Source: the human T2T-CHM13v2.0 reference genome, Homo sapiens
Assembly: GCF_009914755.1 (NCBI RefSeq)
Contig: NC_060927.1
Length of the DNA: 64,000 bases
Strand: one strand, 5' to 3'
The stretch's first letter is position 1; each line of letters begins with the position of its first letter. Below the pieces are notes generated by a model that saw only the letters and a program-made list of their open reading frames with translations, was not told the origin of the DNA and ran no database searches. A program made the position numbers and the translations under genes. Below, piece by piece: positions 1-14,300 of this stretch.

Positions 1-3000
1 TGTCAGCAAACCACCCTTGGCCTGCTGCAATGAGCAGTAGCTACTGACCTCCCTAGCTTACTTTTTTCCTTCTATTGGACAGTCATTCTAAAAAACTCAC
101 CTGATTTCCAGGAATAAAATGAGTGAGCCAGACAGCTTATGGGAGGCAGGCTGTGTCCACTTGCTCCTTAGAGATTTCTTTTTGAAGTGAAGATAGATCA
201 TCTTCTCAATTTTTCAGAACAGACCTGAAAAATTGAACCACTTCACTTTATTGCCATTCTTCTGCAGAGGCGAGCCGTGTAGCATAGCCCCTGAGCACAG
301 GTCTAAGATTGCACCAAGATAACACATCTGTCACAAGCTTCATGGCTTATGAAGGGAAGAGGGTAGTGGTCTTTCCAAAGTTAAGTTTTACTCACAATTT
401 CTGAAGGTTCAATGGAAGAGATGGGAGCTTTATCTCAGACTGCAAGCTTCACTTGATGGAGTTAAAAACCTGTATCTGTGAGCAGCTTTCTCACACTGGA
501 GGAGAAGGCTTTGGGATTTGGCTCTTGTTAATATGCAAGAAGGGGAAAAGTCAGAAATGATAGCTAACAGGGAGTGAAGGGCTAGAACTTTTATTCCAGG
601 TGAAAGTACTGGATTTTTGAAAGAACTCTAGTGTTAGTCCAGAAGAGATATAAAATAAATATCATACCATTCATTCCTCCTCCTGCAAAACCAATTGAAA
701 ATATTGGCCTCTCTGGCTTGTTGTTTTCTTGCTATGGGGCAGTGATTCTAAAGAACTGACCTGATTTCCAGGAGGTAAAATTGTAGGGATGAATGATAAT
801 TTTCTAAGGAGATACATCAATGTCTTTGCCATAGGGTACCATTAGGACATTGACTTCAATATGGCATGAATACCAACATCTGTTAGAATATTCCAAGTTG
901 GTGCCAGGACTCATATTTTAGTAAACTGTAAAATCTTCCCTCCCCATGCTTGTACAGTAGACAGGGCTACCCATGATGTACGATGGGTATCCCACAATGA
1001 GTCAGTTGATGTGGGAACTTCAATTAATTTATAGTGGGACTGCTCACATCCCTATGAAGAAAATATGCACCTGATACATCACTGACCATAACAGGAGCTT
1101 AAAATTAGACATAAATGGAGGAATGAATTGTTTTCCCCAAGGATGACCTGGAGGAGCTTCTTAAGTTGGGGCCATCAAATCAGTCGATATAATCCAAAGC
1201 TAAAGAGTAAAGAAATTACTCCTGAATAACTGACCCCCCCAAAAAAATGAATACCATTTATTGCTGTCCCAAGGCTTTAATAGCCTTTTTCATGTGCTGT
1301 CAAATTTAATCCTTATGGCACCTTCATAAGGTAAGATCAGCATCCCAAGTTGAGGAACCAAGCTTCAAGGATTTGCCCAACCTGACACAGCTGCTAAAAA
1401 GTAGAGCTGGGTTTGTAACCAGGTCTGACTCCAAAGTTCACGTGGTTCCCATTGTGCTGAATTGCACACTGCTCCTGAAAGTGCTGCCCACTCCCTAATC
1501 ACCAGAGGCAGGCTCAGTCAATAGGACAGACAGATGATGAGTAGACCCCCAAGAATCACCCACCAGAGGAGGAGCATCAACACCAGGGCAGAGAGGCAGC
1601 AACCGCAGTCAAAAGAACTAATACCAGAGGGTGCAGTAACAAGGCCAACAGAAGGCTTCTGAATAAGCAAGACTGATGTCTTCAGAGCAATGCAAAAAGA
1701 CAGTGTTTCCATGAAACAGAATAAACTAGAGATTTGTAAATTCAAGATATTGATCATTCAAATGAAACTTCAATATAAGCCATAGAGTAGAATAAATATT
1801 AAAGAATAAAGTAGGGGATTCGAAACTTGGATTTTCTGAGAATGTATTGCAGAAGAACAAAAAAGCCAGTTAAACTTATTCCTTTTTTTAAATAGCAATC
1901 TGGAATGAAAATATCAGATGATCATAATATAAGAGTTAGAAGTCAAGAGAGATGGAAATGAAAGCAAGTCAAGATTCTTGTCTTGGGGGGACAAGTTTAT
2001 GTACCAATTAGCTCAAGGCTTTGGTAAAATAAATGTTTAAATATGTAAAATTTTAAGGGCAACAAAAAACAATGTAGGACATCCAAACCACTAAAGAAGA
2101 AGAATTTAAAACATAATTAAATTCAAAACAATCCAAAAGGAAAGAATTTATGAAGAAAAAAATAAATGTATAATAAGATGGAAGTAATAAACCTAAATAT
2201 TTCAATAATCAAAATAATAATTAATGGATTAAATGCCCTAAAGACACTCTCAGATTAGAATTTTAAAAATCCAAGTACCAAATAACTTGTAAGAAATACA
2301 CCTTCAAAGTTACCCAGAATGTAAGGCATTCAAAAAAAAAAAAAAGGCAAATATTAACCCAAAGAAATAAAGTATAGCAATATTAACAGCAAATGAAGTA
2401 TAATTAAAGCCCAAAACCCACAAACATTAAACAGAGCAAAAGAAAATATATTTCAGAGTGTTAAAGATTTAGTCCACTAAGAATTTGTAACATAAATGAA
2501 ATTTTATATAACCAACAACACAGCTTTAACCATAGAAACACAAAAAGAAATTGACACATTCACAGTCATTGCAAGAAAATTTATTGCTTTCCCCTCAAAA
2601 ATCATCACACAAGTAGGAGTAAAATAATGAGTATTTGAATAATGCAACTAGAGTTGCGATCATTTATATAGAGACCAAGACAGAATGAGTCAGAATGTCT
2701 GATTTTCATTACTGCTCCCTTGTTTACCAGCTATGGCAACCTATAGGAAGTTACCTTAACTCCCCAATCTTATTTTCCTCATCTGTAAAATGAACTAGTA
2801 GTAGTACCTATCTCACACTGTAAGGACTGAAGAAACTAATTTATATGGAGTAATTAACAGAGATCCTAACATAAATAAGGGAATGCACATTCTTTTCAAA
2901 TGTGAACATTTACAAATTATTCAACATACAACAACACAAAAATAAGCATCAATGGAATTTTTAAAGTCAAAGCAGTAGAAGCCACAGTCTCTGACCACAA

Positions 3001-3555
3001 TGCAATAAACTTGGAAGCTAAAAACAAAAGGTTAGGCAAACAACCAACCAAAAACAAATCCACTTGGGAAATTTTAAACACCATTCAAATTAACTTTTTA
3101 GAAAAAAAAGAAATCAAAGTTGAAGGGATGAACAAATTAGAAGTGAAAGACAGTGAGCGGTTGTTCATATCAAAACCAATGGGATTTAGACAAAACCAAC
3201 ACAGAGGAAAATGCCACTACTTACATGTGGAAAATAGGGAAGACTGAAAATAAGTGAACTAAATTGACAACATAAAAACTAGACAAGGGACAATGAAATA
3301 AACCCAACTCAAAGAAAGTAAAATGAAGGTATTATTAAAGACAAAGCATATCCTGAAATAGAAAAAATAATAACAACAAAAGTATTCCACATTAGCAAAA
3401 TCAAAAGCTGTTTTTTTGTCCAAAAAAATAGACAAACCTGCAGCAAGCTTCAACAAGAAATAAAGAAGAGCGATGATGCCAAAAAACAACACTAGAAATA
3501 CTTTTTAAAGAAGTACCATACTTATATGAAGATTTAAAATTTATAACATCTTTTG

Positions 3556-3846
3556 AGCTGGGCATGGTTGGCTCATGCCTGTAATCCCAGGACTTTAGGA
3601 GGCTAAGGCAAGAAGATCCTTGAGCCTAGGAGTTCAAGACCAGCCCAGACAAGGAAGTAAGACCTTGTCTCCACAAAAAATAAAAAACAAATTAGCCAGG
3701 CATGTGGCATAAACTACTTGGGAGGCTGAGGTGGGAGGATCCCTTGAGTCCAGAAGGTCAAGGCTGCAGTGAGCCATGTTCACACCACTGTACTCAAGCC
3801 AGGATGACAGATCCTGTCTCAAAAAAACAAAAACAAAACAAAAAAA
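3556..3846 (+). mobile_element. AluJ
   Basis: Dimeric Alu, diverged, with J-type right arm (aggctgcagtgagccatg). Confidence 0.9.
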
Positions 3847-4217
3847 TCTTTTCAATTGTATTCACACAAAGATAAAATCTGAATAAAATATGCATGAGGT
3901 TAAAAAAAAAGTCCAACTAGACTATCTTAGAAAAAAATGTAAAAGTAGACAAAGACCTATATCTTAAAAAAAATCACCGACCCAGATAGCTATATAGGCA
4001 GATTCTAGTAGGCTTTCAAGGAATGGATAATTCTTATGTTAATATAAGCTGTTCCAGAGAGTAGAAAAAGATAAAGCAACTCATTCCAGAAAACTAACAT
4101 AGCCCTGGTACAGAAACCAGAAATGGAGAGCGGGCACACTCACGCAAAAATAGGAAGCAGTGAGCCAAACTCACTTTGAAAACAGATACAAAAGTTCTAA
4201 ATAAATTGCAAATTGAG

Positions 4218-4527
<310 letters not shown>

Positions 4528-5225
4528 TTGCAAATTGATTCCTATTAGAAGAATAATATAGTCTGGGTAAAACAGGATGTAATCCAGGAATGCTAAGTTG
4601 GTTCTCCATGAGGAAACTGATTAATATAACTCATTATATATTATTATTAATAATAAAAGGATTAAATGAAAAATAACCAAATGATAATCTTGATAAGGGT
4701 TTCTAAAAAGTTAAAAATTAAATTCAACATTTATTTATGATATTTTATTACATTTCCAGTAAGGAAAGCATAGAAGACTTCCTCAACTTGACAAAGACCC
4801 TTTGCCAGAAACCTATAGGAAACTTCAAGCTAAGTGAGGAACAGGCATGAGTCCCTGCTAGTGTCTCTTCAGTTTAGTTGTGTTGGAGGCCTTAACAATA
4901 AAAAGAAATGATAGCCTTTATTCTTAAAAAAAAAAGTATCCTATTGTAAAAATTGTTATTGTCTCCCTAAAAAAATCCAAGAGAATCAACTGATTGGCCC
5001 TGAGGACTTGTGAATACAGAAGGTAAGAGCTGAAGCTGACTGTAAACTGCCTGATCTTCAAATGCTTTCCCCAGAGACACACACAGACCCACCAACTGAG
5101 GGTGAAAACCTTCCTAGATCAAGATGTTTACATACAGCCTCTGACCAGTCACTGGCTGATCACTAAGCTGTGCTGATCCAGGACAGCCCCTACAAAACCA
5201 GGCTTAAAAATAAAAACAAGTGATA

Positions 5226-5315
5226 AATATATATATACATATATATATACCCACACACACACACACACACACACATATACCCACATACATATATATGCAT
5301 ACATGCAATATATAT
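5226..5315. repeat. Compound (TA)n(CA)n microsatellite
   Basis: Direct reading. Confidence 0.9.
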
Positions 5316-5705
5316 TTTGCCAGCAGAAACATCAGAGGCTACACACTCCAGGAAAAACAGACTCCAGAGACTATGTCTAGGCAAGTCACTAAACAAACAA
5401 AACAAAAAAAAAGTAACAACTACCCCTCAATGGGAGGGGTAAGAATCCAGAATTGCTACAATATATTATCTAAAATGTCCAATTTAAATACACACAGACA
5501 CTGTATATATCATATATATTTCTCATGTGCTATACAGGAAGAAAAAAACAGTTAATAAAAACTGAGGAACCCAGATGTTGGATTTAACAAAGACTTCAAA
5601 GCAGCTATTACAAATGTTTAAAGAACTAAAATCAGTTTAAATAAAGTATGACAGCAATGATTCATCAAATAAAGAATATCAGTAATAATATTGATGAATA
5701 AATTA

Positions 5706-6459
<754 letters not shown>

Positions 6460-7185
6460 GCAAAACACCTGAAATGAACAATTCATTAGAGGGGCTCAAT
6501 AGCATATTTGAGCTGACACAGAATCAGTGAACTTGAAGCTGGATTACAGTACAGATTTTCCAATCTGAAGAACAGAAGGAAAAAAGAATAAAACACAAGC
6601 AAAATGGTTGAAGCCCCAGAGGCCTTTGGTGTGCTTTGTGGGACACCACAAAGTTTATCAAGATATACACAATTGGAGTTGCAGAGAAAGACGATAGAGA
6701 AAAGAGGGCAGAAAAAAAAATTTGATGAAATATCGTTCCAAAACAGTGGCAGTGTATAAACTCTTCAATAAATGATATGAAGACAATTGGCTATCCATTT
6801 GGGAAGAAATTAGAGAAAGCCTGTACCTCACAGAAAAAAACAAACAAACAAAAAACAGGTGAATTAAAGTTAGATGTTAAAAAAAATATTTGCAGAACTG
6901 AATATTTTCATAATCTTTAGATGGGAAGCTCTTCTTCCTAAGCAAGCCATAAAATCCTGAAACCATAAAGAAAAAATTAACAAATTTAAACCTATAAAAA
7001 TGTTAAACTTTTATGTGATCAAAATACATCATAAGGGAAAAGATATTTGGGAGAACATATTTGCAACATGGGTAACAAATAGATAATATATAAATTACTT
7101 CTACAAAATAATGCAGAAAAGACCAAAAATTATAAAAATGGTTGAAGTTATATGAACAGGAAATTCACAAAAGAAGAAATTTTAG

Positions 7186-7267
7186 GGGCTGGGTGTGGTG
7201 GCTCATGCCTGTCATCCCAGCACTTTGGGAGGCTGAAGCAGGAGGATCACTTGAGGCCAGGAGTTCA
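7186..7267 (+). mobile_element. 3'-truncated Alu left-arm fragment
   Basis: Alu 5' end up to ggagttca, flanked by aagaaatttta repeats. Confidence 0.85.
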
Positions 7268-7885
7268 AAAAGAAATTTTAATAGCAAATAAACATATAGA
7301 AAGATGCCTAGCCTCACTGGTAATCAGAGCAATGCAAACTTAAAATGAGGTTTTTCTCCTCATTAAACTGGCAAAAATCTAAAAAATTGTTAAGATCCAT
7401 TGTTGGTTAAGATGAAGAGAAATGAGCACTTTCAAATACTGCTGGTATGAAAGGCAATTTGACAATAACTACCAAAATTTAAAATATGAATATCAACAAT
7501 TCCACTTTTAGGAACCTGTCTCAAAATTTTCACATAATATATCCAGGAGAAACTTCTAATTTTCTGATAGTAGGTGTATATTATCAGGGTTCTCAGCATA
7601 AATGTTGACTTCTATTTTGGTGAAGCAGAATATAACTTTAATAATGCTCCCTTAGGATTCTGAGAGAAAGTTGTTAGATTCAGACCAAAAAGTATGAAAT
7701 CTTACTAACTTATTACAGATAGGTATAGTGCAGAGATACTGTATCAAGTACTTTACAAGAACAAATTAATCTAATCTTCATAATAATTTCTTAAGGAAAT
7801 TGAGGCAAGGAAGAGTTAGAGGGAAGGCCAAGGTAAATTGGTAAGTGGCTAAGTTGACGTTCACTCTTAACAGTGGGGTTCACTG

Positions 7886-8366
7886 TGAAATAGGAGTTCA
7901 GCAGGACTTGTTTCTCAAGACGCAGGTCACAGAGACCCCGCTGATAAAGCAGGATGTGGTAAAGAAGCCAGCTGAAGACAGCCAGAATCAAGATGGTGAC
8001 ACTAATGATAATTCACCAGCACCATGACAATTTACAGATGCCATGGCAACTCCTAGAAGTTACTCTGTATGCTCTAAAAACAGAAGGAACCCTGGGTTCT
8101 GAGAATTCGCAGCCCCTCTCCTGTAAAACTCATGAATAATCCACTCCTTTTTTAGCATTTAATCAAGAAATAACCATTAAAATAGGCAAGCAGCAGCCCT
8201 TGGGGCTGTGTTACCTATGGGGTAACCACCTTTTATTTCTTTACTTTCTTAATAAACTTGCTTTCACTTTACTCTCTGGGCTTCCTCTTGAATTCTTTCC
8301 TTTAGGAAGCCAACACCCACCGGCCCTCCCAGGCCAAACCCCAATTTGGGGGTTCATCCTGCCACA
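7886..8366 (+). mobile_element. Solo LTR, ERV1 MER41 family (MER41C/D/E-like)
   Basis: TG...CA termini and 4-bp TSD ACTG (7882-7885, 8367-8370). MER41 motifs 'catgaataatccac', 'ccatggcaac', 'aataaacttgctttcacttt'. Confidence 0.85.
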
Positions 8367-8375
8367 ACTGTACAG

Positions 8376-8926
8376 TGTGGGGTCAAGGGGAACCCTTGGT
8401 CTTTTTCACTGAAAAATCAACTCAGAAAAGGCAGATTAATAGGAGAAAAGGCACACAGATTTATTTAACTTGTATACAGGGGAGGCTTCAGAATGAAGAC
8501 CCAATCCCCTGGTAAGGTACAGAAGCTTATATACCATCTTGAGGTTATAGAAAGAATGCAGGCTCAGAGCATGACCACAACCAGGTTTTAATGGCAAGAC
8601 ATGTCATGGGGGAGAGAAAGAAGGAGGCTTGGCTAGCAAAGGTGGCATTGTTATGTAGATGAAGCCTTCCAGGTCATAACTCCTAGAGAGAATAGATGGT
8701 GAATTTCTTTTCAGACTTGTAAAGGTGTCAGACTCAATCTGTCCTAGATCTGGGAAAGGCCTGGAAAGAGAAGGGCTGGCTGCATTCAAGGAGATTCTCT
8801 ACAGGTGCAAAATTTCCCCACAAGAGACAGTTTTGCAAGGCCACTTCTGTCTGCTGGCCCAGCAGCAGCCATTTCAAACGATGTCAAAGAAATCTATTTT
8901 GGGATAAAACATTTTGATTTCCTTTA
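8376..8926 (-). mobile_element. Solo LTR, MER34/MER39-like (ERV1)
   Basis: Minus strand starts 'aaggaaatcaaaatgttttatcccaaaatagatttctttgacat', typical of MER34/39; minus-strand poly(A) signal near 8460. Confidence 0.75.
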
Positions 8927-8984
8927 GCCACTTGCAGGGTCTTGCGCCATCCTTTTGTCTGGGTGCGTAGCTGTCCAGCAGCTC

Positions 8985-9480
8985 TAGCACTACCTGGAAG
9001 TTGAGGCATGGTCATGCAGAACTAAGGCCCCACCCAGGCCTGCTGAGTCAGAGCCTTCACTTCAGCAAGATCCCCAGGGATTCCTTTGTCTGTTCATATT
9101 TAAGAAGCCCTGGTCTAAAGCATGAGACTTAAATCTCTGCTCTCCCATTTTCTTATCTGTAAAATGGTGATGACAGTCCTCACCACAAGAGGCTGTTGTG
9201 GGGATATTTTTATACACATGTTCATTCTTTCAACAAATACTTTGCGCCCAGCATATGCTAAGCACCTAGTGCAGAGAGGAAAACAGACAAAAAGTAATTT
9301 CCAGCCATCATGTAGCTTACATTCTGGTGGGGAAAGAGTAATAAGTAAAGCATATAGTTTATTACATGATGGTAAATGCTCTGGAGAAAAATTTAAAAAG
9401 CAAGAGGATAGGGATTGGGAAAGGCTGTAATTTTAAACGGAGTGGTCAGGGACAGTTTCACGGAGACCTTTATTCAGAAG
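8985..9480. mobile_element. MER5 relic (8985-9115), MIR (9130-9210) and L2 fragment (9215-9480)
   Basis: 'ccccacccaggcctgctgagtcagagcc', 'atctgtaaaatgg', 'cattctttcaacaaatac'. Confidence 0.6.
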
Positions 9481-10638
9481 TTGCAGGGACCAAAGCTATC
9501 TTACGGGAGTTTGCAATGAGAATTTCTTTGCCCATGAAGTCCTTGCCAAGTCTATGTCTTTTCTGAGAATTCTCTCCCCCTTGATTTCAGCCCTGTTTGA
9601 TTTCTGACCTTTGAAATGCCAGCCCCCATGCTGCCGTTGTGTGGGGTTCCGACTGGACATCCAGAAGTCTCCGTGTGTGTTCTCATTAGCTTTCACTCTG
9701 GGGGAGTTTTCTGCCACAATGTGAATCACTTATTTTGCTGGCAGCAGCAGTTGACAGTGACACTGATTTTTAAAGCCTGCACATTTCACATCAGAAAAGT
9801 CCTGGATTTTATGACTTAGCTATGCTTAGAGGATAATTGCAACAAGAAGTCTCCCCTGCAGCCAGCTTATTGGAGCTGAGACTTGTATAAGAGCCAGACC
9901 TGGCACTTTAAACAGCCCAGCAAATAACCCAAAACAAAAATGAACAATGCACATTTTTATCTATGCTGCTCTTCCCCATCATGAACACATGCTTCTTTTT
10001 TTCCTCGCCTTCACCCTCAATTTTTTTTGTGGAAATTCAATGGTTGACTGTACCAAGCCAGCTCTCTGGGTGAGAGGTTCCTTCTAACAAGGATTAGAAA
10101 CCCCTCTCATGTAGGAAGAGGTGGATTTGGGGGATTATATGATCCAACCCTCTACCTTTGGACAGAATACAATCGAGATGTCTCCCCAGTACACAGAACT
10201 GCTTTTCCAGCAAGTTCTCTTTGTTAAGCCATTCTGGTATCCCTCAAATCCCTTGTTATGACTATCCACAATTCTCCATGCCCCATGACCCTTTCTTAGC
10301 TAAAATGAAAAATAATTGCCTAGTTCCCTCATGTAGAGAAGTTGAGCTATTACCTTGACTTCCCCCTTCTCTTCCAAAAAAGATTACAATTCCTTTAATT
10401 TTCTTTCCCATCCTAGGGTGTCCTCTTTGCTCTCTCCATATTCTCCAAATAAAAATTCAAAACTGAGCAGCAAATCCTGTGCCTCTTCATCCAACCCCTC
10501 CTCATCATGAATCATTATCACTCAGGAAGTAAGGACCTGGTTTACCATCTGAGAACTTTAGTCCTAATAATTTCTCTACACCAACTTCTAGTCCTAATAA
10601 TTTATCCGTATAATGCTCAGAAACACTCCGAGATTCTC

Positions 10639-10641
<3 letters not shown>

Positions 10642-10670
<29 letters not shown>
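10642..10670 (+). repeat. Poly(A)29 tract not attached to an Alu
   Basis: Direct reading. Confidence 0.9.
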
Positions 10671-10673
<3 letters not shown>

Positions 10674-10759
10674 AGGAAATCTTAATGGCCAAAGCCATAG
10701 GTCCAAAACCCGGCGTTCCCTCCCACCCAACTTTCCAGGCCATTTTCTCCAATAGCCCC

Positions 10760-11295
10760 TCATCCCTGACCTTGTCTTCCAGCCTCCCTGGACCATGAAT
10801 GCTGCTGAAGGCTCTCACTTTGTACTTCCCTGGGCCCCCTGCCCTTGCTAGTGACTTCTCCTCCCCTCTGGCTGTGGAAAGCTACTCATTCTTCAAGACC
10901 CAGTTCATATGTCCTCTCTGTCAAGGCTTCCCAGATGCCTTCACAGATGGCCCTGCCTCAGGGCCTTTGCACCTGCCTTTGCTGAGAACACTGTTCCCTC
11001 CAATCTTTGCATAGCTGGCTCCTTCTTATTATGCAGATCTGAGCCCAGAGTTCACTTTCTCAATAAGTCTTCCCTGAACACTTTACCTAAAGTTGCAAAC
11101 CCCCATTACTCTCTATCTCATTTGTATGTTGTTTTCTTCATAGCACTTGTCACTATGTGAAATTACTCTCTTATCATCAGTCTTCTTCCACGAGATTAAA
11201 AACACCATGAGAGTAAAGGGCAAGGTCCTTATTTTCTGTGTATTTGCAGCATTTGGTGCCGAGACCATAGTGAGTGGTCAGACAAATGAAAGAAA
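10760..11295 (+). mobile_element. L2 3' fragment
   Basis: 'cctcagggcctttgcacctgc' L2 motif. Confidence 0.65.
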
Positions 11296-11333
11296 TGGCT
11301 GCTTCCACTCTGTTAGTGGCATCCTCAGACACA

Positions 11334-11385
11334 CAGTCACCCCTTGTATCTCCTGGGGATTGGCTCCAGGACATCCCCCCATCTC
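11334..11385 (+). mobile_element. Tigger/MER2-like terminal fragment
   Basis: cagtcaccccttgtatctcctggggattggctccaggac resembles the MER2 end. Confidence 0.5.
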
Positions 11386-14300
11386 TACTTGAGATCGCCC
11401 AGTAGGAATATTTTGAACAAATTCCTTTAACCCATGGCAGAGGTTGCCTTAATTTCAATGTGAGAATAAGAAGGTGAAATTTTGAAATAAGAGATTGAAT
11501 TACTTATCAGAAACGAAAGCTTCTTAGAGCAAATTTAAACTCTACAAACTTTGGTCAGGGATTTGAACACATATTTCCTTCCCCCTCAGTTTCTCTCACA
11601 CAGACACTGCTGATTTCAGTAATGGCCCTAAACTTTCTTTTCTTTTTCTTTTGCATTTTCTTCTTTCTGCACATGTATGAATGCAAGCTGAATAGTCAAG
11701 TTCCTGAAATGGGTCAGGATTAGGTTTGCCTTAAATCTTTTTCTCAACAGAAGCCAAACACTTAAAAGAAGGGAGATGGCTGATTGAATTCTGGAACAAA
11801 AGTTACATTCCTAGGCTCTTGGTTAATTTGAGCTTGGCTAGAGGGAGAAAGCGTGTGTGTTTCTGTGCACAAGTTACACTCAACACACACCCTCTGGAAG
11901 GTGGGGGTAAGCTTCAGTCCCGACTGTCCGTACAGAGTGTGGTTCAGAGGCTGCCCTTTAACCTGTGTGGCCAGAGAGAATAAATCAAGCCAGCAGTGCT
12001 GTCTCCCTGCTGACTGAAGGCGCCCGGCCTTATCAAGGAGCCCAAATGTCTTGTGCTCACAGCTGCTGTGACATCTGGAAGCATTAACACTTTGTTGCCA
12101 GCATGTAGGCTAGTTGAATGCCGATGCGTAGGTGCCTGGTGTTTTCTGGTCTGCTACATGAATAGGCGTCAAAAGTTGGTGGTGAGGAGTTTGCTTACGT
12201 TCATTCCTTAAAAGCAACATGACACAGAGCCTTGCCATGGCAGGGGTGATGGGTTGTTACCAAAGTCGATAACAGGAAATCTCACTGAGGATAAACAGGG
12301 CTCATCGGCCATTGCCGAGAAACACATGGTTCTCATTTAACCTGCCAAGGACTAATTGTGTATGCTTCGGAAGCGCAAAAACAGGAAAACGCTTTTCTGA
12401 CATACACCCCAAGTTTCTTCAGACCAAAAAGAACTGCCTCAATGTTGTTAGACGCTGAGAAGTAATGATCTCCCCAGCTGTCAGGGAGCCAACCTCACTT
12501 ACTTCTCTTTAATCTAAACTTATGACCTAAAGCATATTTCAGGCCTCCCATGAAGTCCTTGAAACTTGAGACTTAATGAAGGACACTGAGGTTTCACTTT
12601 TCACTGCTCTGGTGTATGTACTCTCAGAAAAGCAGTGGAAGAGGTTAGATAGATGGTGATGTAGGAATCATGGCATCCAGAAAATGAGTGTGATTTACCC
12701 TTTGATAAAAGGGAACTAATAAAGCAATATATGCAGGAAATGCAGAGACAACCCAGTGAATAGGTGTGCTGCTTTAGCCTTTAAGGGAAGATGGGTCTGA
12801 GCTTCATTCTTTACCTTAAGATGGGTCCAAGAGCTAGAACCAGAATTTAAACAAGCAGATACAATTCCAAGGACCATGTTTTGTCTCATATGGGGGCTAT
12901 TCACTCATTTATTACCCAAATCAACAGACCATTCTGCTTCCAAAATATTTCATTATCTGTGGAAGGAAAACATTTTTGGTATGCATGTCAAGTGCTCAGA
13001 TAACATATTTATGTATCGCTTTTTCACTAAAGAGAATCTGACCGCATCTGGAAATTCTTTTGTGTCACTGCCTCTCTCAGACTACTTCCCATCTGTATCG
13101 CTTTAACTCCAATAAAAGGCCATCCCCATGCCTGGGAAATGGGCTTTGTCTGGGGAACTTGTCTTTCTCTGATTACATGTAAATTAATTAAAGCCCATCC
13201 CGTTTTACAGGGCAGCCTGGTGGTGGTGGCCTGCACTCTTGACTTTCCAGCATGTTGGCCTGTCACACGCAAAGGAAGAGGGAGGAGGGGAGGATGCAGG
13301 GGCATTGTTTTAGCCAAACCCTAAAGCTGATGGAAATGAAATCCACTGGCTTTTATCATGAGAAGTGAAATTGTTCATGAAATAATGGCAGCCTCATACA
13401 GAGGCTGTGCATTGGATTATACTCAACCTTTCCTCTGAAACGTTGGTCTGGAGGCTTTGCCCCTTTATTTTCAGTTTCAGATTTGATCTCAGTAACACCC
13501 TGACCTTTTCAGACTCCATACCACTTTTCACAGGGATGACTGCCTTAAGGGATGGGGAAAGGGTTAGAGAAAGCAAGTATTTTATTTAGAAGACAGTTTT
13601 CAGTTAGAAAGGGAGAAGACATCTAGAGTTAAAGTTACGATCTTTTCCTTTCTGTGCTTAAGTGATACTAGGTCATTCTTTAACTTCTTGCTCCACCTGC
13701 TCTATCCCCAGCTCTGCAGGTTTGGAGTGGGCTGTCATGTGATTTTGTTTACCCGTTTCGGTTCAAAGACAGAACTCTTTATTTGAACACTGAAGCTAGC
13801 AGGGACTGTCCAAAGCCAGAGCCCCTCATATTAGCCTAGCTTATGTTGTTGTGATCATCAGACTGTTTCTGTTTTTTGGATTTTTGTCCTTAAATAAACA
13901 CCTTGGAACCACTAGCTACACAGAGGGGTAAATATCAGAAAATCCAAATTTGGTGCACTAATGAACACGGGGTCTCTTTTCACAAAGCAAAAGACCATCA
14001 TTCTTCAGAAGGATCTCCCAAAGAATGCCATTGAAAACTCCTCATTACCTTCAAATGGGGTGATGCACACACGAGTAGCATGAAATTAGCCATGTTCATA
14101 TTAAGGAGCAATCTAAGATCATTATTGCTGTTTCTCTGGCCTTATATTAAATAGTGTCATTGCAATTGAAAAATTAGAGTAAATGAACAGAGCCTGTGAG
14201 CATCCACCCTTTGTAGGTTATCCTGAGTCTGCATTATTACAGGGTCTTGAAATGAATGGTGATACGTGAAAGTATTTGTCCTAGGATTCATTAATATTAT

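Noticed and set aside
4004-4017. 14-nt match to U7 snRNA (TCTAGTAGGCTTTC)
   Set aside because: Flanks do not match U7 and it sits inside decayed L1; chance.
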